Source: Abditibacteriaceae bacterium (GTDB lineage: Bacteria; Armatimonadota; Abditibacteriia; Abditibacteriales; Abditibacteriaceae). Taken from it: a stretch of 33,454 bases of DNA. The notes under the pieces are model-generated. The model saw only the letters and a program-made list of their open reading frames with translations, ran no database searches and was not told the origin of the DNA. The DNA lies in the NCBI GenBank assembly GCA_031425655.1, contig JANPJS010000241.1:1-33454 (forward strand), given 5' to 3'. Of the stretch, positions 1 through 7,618 are shown in pieces. Within the stretch, counting starts at the first letter, position 1. Every line of letters starts with the position of its first letter. The translations under genes and the position numbers were made by a program.

Positions 1-40
1 TTCGCTTGCGCCGTCACGTTTTGTTTTCTCGAATAGCATT

Positions 41-757
41 ATGAACGAATTGCAAACCGTGGTTTTATCCGGCGTCGGCGTGATTAGGCCACAGGACGGC
101 GCGCGGTGCCTTGAAAAGTTCGCGCTGGAAAATTATCTGGAATCGCAAAAAACCTATCTCGACCGCTGTTCGGCGTTGGCTTTGGCCGGCGCGGCGCTGG
201 CTTTGCGCGATGCGGAAATCGCGTGGCCGGTCGAAGGCGGCGAAGAATTTGGCCTGACATTAGGCACGCATTTGGGCTGCGTGGATACGATGCAGGGCTT
301 TTGGAAAAACGTCGCCGAAAAAGGCGTGCGATTGGCGACGCCGCTGTTGTTTTCGCATTCTTACGTCAATTCGCCGATTTCGCTGTGCGCCATCGAATTT
401 GGCTTAAAAGGCTATCATTCGACGTTTTGCGCAGGCAAAAGCAGCGGCCTCGAAGCTGTTCGCGCCGCCTTCGACGCGATTCGTCTGGGCCACGCGCAAG
501 CGATGCTGTGCGGCGGCGTCGAAGCTCTCACGCCGACGCGCGAAGCGTGCGAAAGCGGCGATTTAGGCGAAGTTTCGGTGTTTTTCGTGCTGGAAGGCGT
601 CGAACACGCCAACGCGCGCGGATCGCAGAACACGCGCGAAATAAACGAGGCCATGTTTGAATCTGCGGCGCACGACGACTCAGTTATTAAACGCTTTGGC
701 AATTGCGGCGGCGCGACCGGCGCATTGGCGCTGTCCGAACTGCTGCACCGAAAATAA
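41..757 (+). CDS. Beta-ketoacyl synthase N-terminal domain protein, truncated, probably non-catalytic (chain-length-factor-like)
   Basis: FabF-like segments (VVLSGVGVI, YLDRCSALALAGA, GLTLGT, FGLKGYHSTF, IRLGHAQAMLCGGVE, GEVSVFFVLE, FGNCGGATGAL). At the STAC-SSG catalytic position the sequence reads CAGK-SSG. 238 aa. Confidence 0.75.
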   Translation: MNELQTVVLSGVGVIRPQDGARCLEKFALENYLESQKTYLDRCSALALAGAALALRDAEIAWPVEGGEEFGLTLGTHLGCVDTMQGFWKNVAEKGVRLATPLLFSHSYVNSPISLCAIEFGLKGYHSTFCAGKSSGLEAVRAAFDAIRLGHAQAMLCGGVEALTPTREACESGDLGEVSVFFVLEGVEHANARGSQNTREINEAMFESAAHDDSVIKRFGNCGGATGALALSELLHRK

Positions 758-771
758 ATTAAAGAGTTGAA

Positions 772-868
772 TCTCGCAAAGACGCAAAGTCGCAAAGACG
801 AGTTGATTAGCCGCGATTGGTCGCAATCCTTCCCCTTGTTTTCTTTGCGCCTTTGCGCCTTTGCGAGA
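772..868. repeat. Palindromic element with 3 x 8-nt units (nCGCAAAG) per arm
   Basis: 772-798 TCTCGCAAAGACGCAAAGTCGCAAAGA versus 842-868 TCTTTGCGCCTTTGCGCCTTTGCGAGA, 25/27 complementary, intergenic. Confidence 0.9.
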
Positions 869-877
869 AACAAAAAT

Positions 878-1816
878 ATGAACGAAAATCTACTGCCGCA
901 CTTACGCATGATGCTGCTGATTCGCCGCTTTGAGGAGCGATTGGACGATTTGTTCGCCTCCGGCGTGATTAAGGGCACTTCGCATCTTTACGCCGGACAG
1001 GAAGCCGTCGCGGTCGGCATCTGCGCGTGCCTTTCGCACGAAGATTTAATCACTTCGACGCATCGCGGGCACGGGCACTTTTTAGCCAAAGGCGGCGGCG
1101 CCAAAGAATTGATGGCCGAGCTTTTCGGCAAGGCGACCGGGCCAAGTAAAGGGCGCGGCGGCAGCCAGCACGTCGCCGATTACAGCGTCGGGTTTTTGGG
1201 TTCCAACGGCATCACAGCGGGCGGACTTCCCATCGCAACCGGCGCGGCGCTGTCGTTGCAAATGCGGCGCGAGCCGAATTGCGTGGTGTCGTTTTTCGGT
1301 GAGGGCGGCGCCAATCAGGGCACGTTTCACGAAAGCCTGAATATGGCCGCGATCTGGCGTTTGCCGATTCTTTACGTCTGCGAAAACAACCTTTACGCGA
1401 TGAGCACGCGCTTCGATGAAACCTTCGCCACGCCGACGGTCGCGGCTCGCGCGGCAGGCTACGGTTTTCCCGGCGAAACCGTGGATGGCACCGATTTCTT
1501 CGCTGTGCGCGAAGCCACCGAGCGCGCCGCCGAACGCGCCCGCACTGGCGGCGGCCCGACGCTGTTGGAAATGCACACTTATCGTTATTACGGTCACAGC
1601 AAAAGCGATAAGCGCGAATACCGCACGCGCGAAGAAGAAGAGCAGTGGCGCGAACGCGACTGCATCGAAAAAATGCGATTGGCTTTAGGTGTTTCCGACG
1701 CCGATTTTGCCGATTTAGACAAAGAGGTCAATGCCGAAGTGGACGAAGCCGTCGCCTTCGCCATGCAATCGCCGGAGCCGGAAGTCGAAGAATGGGAAAC
1801 GCAAATCTACGCATAG
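878..1816 (+). CDS. TPP-dependent 2-oxoacid/acetoin dehydrogenase E1 alpha subunit
   Basis: HLYAGQEAVAVG, STHRGHGH, GRGGSQH, TPP motif GEGG..(N)..CENN, TYRYYGHSKSD. Start moved to ATG 878 because the upstream in-frame part is the palindromic repeat. Confidence 0.92.
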   Translation: MNENLLPHLRMMLLIRRFEERLDDLFASGVIKGTSHLYAGQEAVAVGICACLSHEDLITSTHRGHGHFLAKGGGAKELMAELFGKATGPSKGRGGSQHVADYSVGFLGSNGITAGGLPIATGAALSLQMRREPNCVVSFFGEGGANQGTFHESLNMAAIWRLPILYVCENNLYAMSTRFDETFATPTVAARAAGYGFPGETVDGTDFFAVREATERAAERARTGGGPTLLEMHTYRYYGHSKSDKREYRTREEEEQWRERDCIEKMRLALGVSDADFADLDKEVNAEVDEAVAFAMQSPEPEVEEWETQIYA

Positions 1817-1887
1817 AATCCCAATAAAAATGAGGCCTGTCCCGTAAGGGCGCCGTCGAATCGAACGGTTATCGCTGCGCGCTCTAA

Positions 1888-2217
1888 ATGGACTTCACGC
1901 TTGATCCCGACGAAAAGTGGGTCGCCTGCGAACGCTGTCGCAAGCGACTGCGGCCTCTGGCCAAATATAAGCCCGAAGAAGTTCGTCTCAACGCGCCCGA
2001 ACTTGGCCCACTCGAAGACATGAGCCGTCTGGGTTTTCGTGGTTTGATGGCTTCGCTGGGCCTGATTTTTATCACCTCTTTGCTCAGTTGCATCGGCGAA
2101 AGCGCCGCGACTCGCTATCGCAGTCGCAAGGTCGCGCGACTGAAACGTGAGGTGCTGGCGCGCTATCCCAAAAGCCTGATTTGCCCGCGCTGCCTCAAAG
2201 TCACACGCGAGCGATAG
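1888..2217 (+). CDS. Small membrane protein with two CxxC motifs (possible Zn ribbon split by a TM segment)
   Basis: CERC near the N-terminus, hydrophobic GLMASLGLIFITSLLSCIG, CPRC near the C-terminus. Confidence 0.6.
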   Translation: MDFTLDPDEKWVACERCRKRLRPLAKYKPEEVRLNAPELGPLEDMSRLGFRGLMASLGLIFITSLLSCIGESAATRYRSRKVARLKREVLARYPKSLICPRCLKVTRER

Positions 2218-2277
2218 CATTTTGCGGCACACTCCTTGCCCCCATCGCGCTGCATCCAACCGCAAAGGAGCCATGCC

Positions 2278-2472
2278 ATGAGTCAGAACGATCAAACGGG
2301 CAATAACAACGAAGAAGCGGCGAAAACGCCGCTCGAACTCGTGAAAGAACAGCAAGCGATGAAGCAGGAAAACCGCGAAGTGCAAGAGCAACGCCCCGAC
2401 GCCGACCCCGAAATTCCGGGCCAATCGTCGCCCTCGAACATTCGCAAGCATCCGCAGCGCAAGTTGGGCTAA
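2278..2472 (+). CDS. Small hydrophilic hypothetical protein (64 aa)
   Basis: AAGGAG at 2265-2270 upstream of ATG 2278, followed directly by a terminator. Confidence 0.65.
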   Translation: MSQNDQTGNNNEEAAKTPLELVKEQQAMKQENREVQEQRPDADPEIPGQSSPSNIRKHPQRKLG

Positions 2473-2475
2473 AAA

Positions 2476-2509
2476 CAAAAGGGCAACCGCCAAAACGGTT
2501 GCCCTTTTG
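2476..2509. terminator. Rho-independent terminator, probably bidirectional
   Basis: CAAAAGGGCAACCG-ccaaaa-CGGTTGCCCTTTTG, perfect 14-bp stem between convergent genes. Confidence 0.85.
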
Positions 2510-2616
2510 CTTTGGCCGGCGACGTGCGGTGCAGCGAAAACGTAGCGCCAAAGTGAGGAACGAAACGCAGGATCGAAACTGTAATGGGTGAGATGCAGCG
2601 CGTTATCCAGTCGCTG

Positions 2617-3165
2617 TTATTGGCGTTTGATGCTGTTACGAAACATTTTTAGGCCTTGCGACATGACTTCACGAATGATTTTCTTTTCGTTTCTCGACCA
2701 AACAGGAATGTAACATTTACCTTCTGGCGTGACAGCGGGTAAATTGTTGCCCCAAAACAATTTGCTGTAAATCATTTTTGTGAAGTCGCGGTCAATATCG
2801 AAGTTGCCGCCAGTCGACCTTGACACGTCGGTAAATAAGTTCCACACCGTTAAAAACTCATTGGGATTTATTGATGTTAGGCCTTCGGTTTTGGAATGTT
2901 TGGCCTTTAACCACTTAACGACAGTATCTAAATTATGAAGGTTGAGTTCGTCTTGTTTAGGAAATATATTTTCGACTTCAAGAGATATGTTTTCGACTTG
3001 AGCGTAAGCAGCTAACGCATCCAGCGAAACGAAAACCCGTATTTTTCCGTTTGAATCAAGCACAACACCGTCTAAGTCTTCGTTCACCTCTTCAACGCTA
3101 TACCAAATGAGATAGCGGTCTTTATTATCGAGGCGATACCAGAGCGGATAGTATAATTTATTCAT
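2617..3165 (-). CDS. Hypothetical protein (182 aa), AT-rich, likely horizontally acquired
   Basis: Open frame from ATG 3165 (MNKLYYPLWYRLD...), visibly AT-richer than the flanks. The longer ORF call overlaps the divergent YdcF gene. Confidence 0.75.
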   Translation of the reverse strand: MNKLYYPLWYRLDNKDRYLIWYSVEEVNEDLDGVVLDSNGKIRVFVSLDALAAYAQVENISLEVENIFPKQDELNLHNLDTVVKWLKAKHSKTEGLTSINPNEFLTVWNLFTDVSRSTGGNFDIDRDFTKMIYSKLFWGNNLPAVTPEGKCYIPVWSRNEKKIIREVMSQGLKMFRNSIKRQ

Positions 3166-3256
3166 GTTTGTATTCTCGCCTACTGCCACGCCGCGCGCAT
3201 CGGCAGAACCAGAACGCAAACTAAAAATGCAACATTTGAAAGCCAGATTGCCCTTC

Positions 3257-4126
3257 ATGCCTCCAACTCCGCCGCGTCCCAAGAACCTAAAAAACGATTT
3301 TCGCGCTGCCTCACCGCCGCGCCGCGCACTTTGGATTAGTGTTTTGCAGGGCGCGCTTTTCGGGCTTCTGGCATATATTCTCCTCGACGACACCGGAGTG
3401 TTGAATTTACTGCCTTTGCTGCGGAATTGGCCGAATTTAGCGCTGATTTTTCTGGTTTCTGGCGGAGTAATCGGCGTTATGCGGCGCGAAAAATGGCTGC
3501 AAATTTTTACCGGCGTGGCAGCGATTTTATGGCTTGTCGTCGCGTTTTCGCCGCTCTCGGCGCGATTGGTGGGTCCGCTGCTGTTGCAGGCTGCGCCGGC
3601 GGAAATCGCGCGCGGCGCCGACGCCGTGGTCGTGCTGGCTTCGTTTATTCAAAGTGACGGCGAATTTACCAGCGATGCTTTGCATCGCTTGCTGCGTGCG
3701 ATTGAATTGATTCGCAGTGGCCGCGCGCCGCGTTTGGTGCTAACCGAAGTGCGTCCGCCAGCGGGTTCTTACAGCGTCGCGGCGAAAAAGCTGGCGGCGA
3801 ATCTGAAAATCCCCATCAATCTCATAACGCTCAAAGGCCCGATGGGCGACACGCACGACGAAGCCGTAGCCGTGGCAAAACTGGCCAAACAGCGCGGCTG
3901 GAAGCGAATTTTTCTTGTCACCTCGCCCACGCACACACGCCGCGCGAGCCTTGTTTTTCGCCACGCGGCGCGCGAAATCAAACTCGTGGTGTTGCCTGTG
4001 GCTTCGCAGGAAACCACTACTGATTTACAAACGCTCGACACGCCCGCCGACCGCCTGCGCGCTTTTGGTATGGCGATGCGCGAGGTCGTCGGATTGCAGA
4101 TTTATCGGCGGCGCGGATGGATTTGA
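3257..4126 (+). CDS. YdcF/DUF218 (SanA/ElyC-like) membrane protein
   Basis: N-terminal TM helices, ADAVVVLA, RLLRAIEL, DTHDEAVAV, IFLVTSPTHTRRA, MREVVGLQIYR. Start uncertain (3227 or 3257). Confidence 0.85.
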   Translation: MPPTPPRPKNLKNDFRAASPPRRALWISVLQGALFGLLAYILLDDTGVLNLLPLLRNWPNLALIFLVSGGVIGVMRREKWLQIFTGVAAILWLVVAFSPLSARLVGPLLLQAAPAEIARGADAVVVLASFIQSDGEFTSDALHRLLRAIELIRSGRAPRLVLTEVRPPAGSYSVAAKKLAANLKIPINLITLKGPMGDTHDEAVAVAKLAKQRGWKRIFLVTSPTHTRRASLVFRHAAREIKLVVLPVASQETTTDLQTLDTPADRLRAFGMAMREVVGLQIYRRRGWI

Positions 4127-4211
4127 CGGCAATTTTGAATTATGAATTATGAATTTTGAATTATTCGTCTGCTCAATTCAAAATTAAAAATTCATAATTC
4201 AAAATTGCCGT
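4126..4211. repeat. Palindrome of 7-nt tandem repeats (AATTWTG)4 / (MAWAATT)4
   Basis: Arms 4126-4162 and 4175-4211, 35/37 complementary, 12-nt loop, starting on the last base of the YdcF stop codon. Confidence 0.92.
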
Positions 4212-4284
4212 TTCAGGCAAGCGCGCCTAAACTCGCAGGGCCGTTCGACGGCGTGTGATTTTACGTTTCTCTGGAGAAATTTTA

Positions 4285-5901
4285 GTGTCTGAAAATTCTG
4301 TTCCGCGCCCTGTCATGCTGTGTATTCTCGATGGTTGGGGATTATCTGAACGCACCGATTACAACGCCGTCGCATTGGGAAATACGCCGAATTTCGACCG
4401 CATCTGGAACGCTTGCCCGCACACGAAACTCACGGCGCACGGCGTGGATGTCGGCCTGCCCGCCGGCGTGATGGGCAACAGCGAAGTTGGACACTTGAAT
4501 ATCGGCGCCGGACGCATCGTGTGGCAGGATTCGTCGCTGATTGATGCTGAAATCCGCAGTGGCGAATTTTTCAACAACGAAGTGATTCTGGCCGCCATGC
4601 GACACGCCAAATCGCATAATACGCGCCTGCATTTGTTGGGTTTAGTCTCCGACGGCAATGTTCACGCTTCGGAAGGGCATTATCTGGCGCTGCTCGAAAT
4701 GGCCCGGCGCGAAGGCTTGCAAGGCGACCGCGTCGTGTTTCACGTCTTCACCGATGGCCGCGATACGCCGCCGCAATCGGCGCAAAAGTATCTCGCCGCG
4801 CTCGAAGCGCAGATGCAGAAAACCGGCGCGGGCGTGATCGGTTCGGTCATCGGGCGTTACTACGCAATGGATCGTGACAACCGCTGGGAGCGCGTCCAAA
4901 CCGCCTACGATTGCCTGACTAACGGCAAAGGCGCGTTCGCCAAAAGCGCGGGAGATGCCATCCGCGAAGCCTACGCGCGCGGCGAAAACGACGAGTTCAT
5001 TCCCGCGACGATTATTGAAAACACGCCGCGCATCGGCGACGACGACGCGGTGGTTTTCTTCAATTACCGCTCCGACCGGGGCCGGCAATTGACGCAAGCG
5101 CTGATTGCCGCCGAATTTGATAATCATTTGCGCGAGGAATCGCAGCAGCCGGGCGCGACCGGCGCCGAAGACGTGCCGATTATCAAACATTTTCGGCGCG
5201 AAGTGTGGCCGCGCACGCATTTCGTGACCATGACGCAATACGCCAAAACTCTTGATGTGCCTTACGCTTTCGGCCCGCGTCCGCAGCGCGACGGATTGGG
5301 CGAAACCGTCGCTAAAGCCGGAAAAACGCAGCTTCGCATCGCCGAAACCGAAAAATATCCGCACGTCACCTATTTCTTTTCGGGCGGCATGGAAACGCCG
5401 TGGGATGGCGAAGAGCGCATCATGGTTCCCAGCCCAAAAGTGGCGACTTACGATTTGCAACCGGAAATGAACGCCGCTCAAGTCATCGAAAAAGTGACGG
5501 GCGCGATTCGCTCCGGGCACTTCGATCTGGTCGTTCTCAACTTCGCCAATCCTGATATGGTTGGGCACACCGGAATTTTGGAAGCGGCCATAAAAGCCGT
5601 CGAAACCGTGGACGCCGGTTTGGGTGAAGTTATAAAAGCGATTGACGACATGGGCGGCGCGCTTTTGGTGATTGCCGATCATGGCAACTGCGAGCAAATG
5701 ATTGACTACGAAACCGGCGAGCCGCATACCGCGCATACTACCAACCCTGTGCCGTGCATTTTGGTCGGCGCGGGCCAGACAAACGCGAAGTTGCGCGATG
5801 GCGGGCGTTTAGCGGACGTGTCGCCGACGCTGCTCGATTTGATGAGCGTGCCGAAGCCGGCGGCGATGACCGGCGAAAGTTTGATTCTACGAGAGGTTTG
5901 A
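4285..5901 (+). CDS. gpmI: 2,3-bisphosphoglycerate-independent phosphoglycerate mutase
   Basis: ILDGWG, MGNSEVGHLNIGAGR, DGRDTPP, GRYYAMDRD, AETEKYPHVTYFF, NFANPDMVGHTG, ADHGN, HTAHT. GTG 4285 is preceded by GGAG. Confidence 0.97.
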   Translation: MSENSVPRPVMLCILDGWGLSERTDYNAVALGNTPNFDRIWNACPHTKLTAHGVDVGLPAGVMGNSEVGHLNIGAGRIVWQDSSLIDAEIRSGEFFNNEVILAAMRHAKSHNTRLHLLGLVSDGNVHASEGHYLALLEMARREGLQGDRVVFHVFTDGRDTPPQSAQKYLAALEAQMQKTGAGVIGSVIGRYYAMDRDNRWERVQTAYDCLTNGKGAFAKSAGDAIREAYARGENDEFIPATIIENTPRIGDDDAVVFFNYRSDRGRQLTQALIAAEFDNHLREESQQPGATGAEDVPIIKHFRREVWPRTHFVTMTQYAKTLDVPYAFGPRPQRDGLGETVAKAGKTQLRIAETEKYPHVTYFFSGGMETPWDGEERIMVPSPKVATYDLQPEMNAAQVIEKVTGAIRSGHFDLVVLNFANPDMVGHTGILEAAIKAVETVDAGLGEVIKAIDDMGGALLVIADHGNCEQMIDYETGEPHTAHTTNPVPCILVGAGQTNAKLRDGGRLADVSPTLLDLMSVPKPAAMTGESLILREV

Positions 5902-6139
5902 ACGGGAGGCCCATGCGTGATTCAGGTTTAGCTGCCGTGCTGAGTTTTTTCATTCTACAAATACGCGCAGGAAAACCCGTCCCGTTCGCGTTACTAACAT
6001 CAAAACAACACCCGAACACCTGCTGAATCTGTTTCTCACGACCTTAACAATCATCGCGGTCGCCGCTTTGGTTTATGTCGTCCGCATCGGTTTTGGCGCG
6101 CGTTAAAAACCGCTGTGTTTTTGCAAATTAAGGATTATC

Positions 6140-7468
6140 ATGGCTGAATTTCTGCCCTTTCATGGCCTGCGCTACGATGGTAGCAAAGTGAATTTGAGCG
6201 ACGTTTTGTGTCCACCTTACGACGTGATTAAAGGCGCCGCGCGCGATGAACTTTTGAAGCGAAGCCCGCACAATATCGTCGCCGTCGAACTGGCCGCGCG
6301 CTACGGCGAAGACGCCACGCCGCAGCAATATGCGCACTCCGCCGCGTTGCTGCAACAATGGCGAGATGCCGGAATTTTAGTGCGCGACGACACGGCGTAT
6401 TACGTTTATGAGCAGGAATTTACCATTCCCGGCAGCGGCGAAGTGAAACAGCGGCGCGGTGTTCTGGGCGCGCTGCGCTTGGAAGAATTCGGCAAAGGCG
6501 TGCAGCCGCACGAACACACGCTCAGCGGCCCGAAAGCCGACCGATTGAACCTTTTGCGCGCTGCGAAAACCAATACCTCGCCGATTTTCGGCTTGTTCGG
6601 CGACGACGACGGCTGGGTCGCGTCAGTGATTGACGCCGTGACTCAGGAAGCGCCGCTGATGCAAGCCACCAGCGCCGACGGCGTGATCGAGCGCTTGTGG
6701 CGCGTGACCGACGACGAATCGGTCAACGCCATCGAAGCGGCTTTTGAAAACGAAGTGATTCTCATCGCCGACGGCCATCACCGCTACGAAACCGCGCTCA
6801 ATTATCGCAACGAAACCATGCAGGCCGCGCAGGATGCCGGGCGCGAATGGACGGGCGCCGAGCCGGAAAATTACGTGATGATGATGTGTGTCAGCACCAA
6901 CGATCCGGGCCTGATCGTGCTGCCAACGCATCGTCTTGTGAAAACGGGGCGCGTGGATTGGGCCGAGATTTTCGATGCGCTCGAAGTGCACTTCGAGGTC
7001 ACGCCGGTGGCTTCGGAATCGAACGCGCAGATTCAAGCGCAAGAGCTTCTGACGGCGCTGAACGCAGCCGACAAAGAAGCGCGTCCGTGTCTGGGAATGC
7101 ACATTGACGGGCAAAGTTACGTTTTGCATCTGCTGCCCGGCGACGAACATTTGCGCGCGATGGACAGCGAGCGCAGCCAGTCTTATAACGCCTTAGACGT
7201 GTCGCTTTTGCATACGCTAATTTTGCAAAACCAGTTCGGCATCGGCGCGGCGGAGTTAGCGGCTTACAGCCACGTCGGGTATACAATTGACGCCGCCGAA
7301 GCGATTGCCAAAGTCAACAGCGGCGATTACGGCGCAGCTTTCATTCTGCGCTCGACGCCGGTCGCGCAAGTGCGCGAAGTCGCCGCCGCCGGCGACAAAA
7401 TGCCGCAAAAGTCCACTTACTTCTACCCGAAACTGGTGACGGGTTTGGTTTTAAGGCCAATGCACTGA
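6140..7468 (+). CDS. DUF1015 family protein
   Basis: PFHGLRY, PPYDVI, PHEHTL, NTSPIF, IADGHHRYETA, LPTHR, MPQKSTYFYPKLVTGL. Confidence 0.93.
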   Translation: MAEFLPFHGLRYDGSKVNLSDVLCPPYDVIKGAARDELLKRSPHNIVAVELAARYGEDATPQQYAHSAALLQQWRDAGILVRDDTAYYVYEQEFTIPGSGEVKQRRGVLGALRLEEFGKGVQPHEHTLSGPKADRLNLLRAAKTNTSPIFGLFGDDDGWVASVIDAVTQEAPLMQATSADGVIERLWRVTDDESVNAIEAAFENEVILIADGHHRYETALNYRNETMQAAQDAGREWTGAEPENYVMMMCVSTNDPGLIVLPTHRLVKTGRVDWAEIFDALEVHFEVTPVASESNAQIQAQELLTALNAADKEARPCLGMHIDGQSYVLHLLPGDEHLRAMDSERSQSYNALDVSLLHTLILQNQFGIGAAELAAYSHVGYTIDAAEAIAKVNSGDYGAAFILRSTPVAQVREVAAAGDKMPQKSTYFYPKLVTGLVLRPMH

Positions 7469-7525
7469 GTTAGTTGATTCCAACACGCCGGGGGTTGAAA
7501 AACCCGGCCAGCTTTAGCTTGATGC

Positions 7526-7554
7526 TTATGGAGCGCAACAGGTTGTGCCCCTAA
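7526..7554. repeat. Degenerate REP-like palindrome
   Basis: TTATGGAGCGCAACAGGTTGTGCCCCTAA; its reverse strand starts TAGGGGCAC, resembling the GTAGGGGCG arm at 24584. A second hairpin GCCGGGGGTTGAAAAACCCGGC lies at 7487-7508. Confidence 0.45.
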
Positions 7555-7560
7555 CAATGC

Positions 7561-7606
7561 CAAAATTAACGGCCCGCCTGAAAATTCAGGCGGGCCGTTA
7601 ATTTTG
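7561..7606. terminator. Bidirectional terminator between convergent DUF1015 and bamA
   Basis: Perfect 22-bp inverted repeat CAAAATTAACGGCCCGCCTGAA-aa-TTCAGGCGGGCCGTTAATTTTG. Confidence 0.88.
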
Positions 7607-7618
7607 CGCGATGCGATT

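Noticed and set aside
764..806. GAGTTGA direct repeat as a target-site duplication
   Set aside because: It flanks only the left arm rather than the whole palindrome, is 7 nt long, and has no parallel at the other two elements of this class.
767..877. N-terminal ORF extensions of E1 alpha; likewise PIG-L (18251-18385) and Ppx (26155-26415)
   Set aside because: They are translations of palindromic repeats or overlap neighbouring genes; family similarity begins at the later ATGs.
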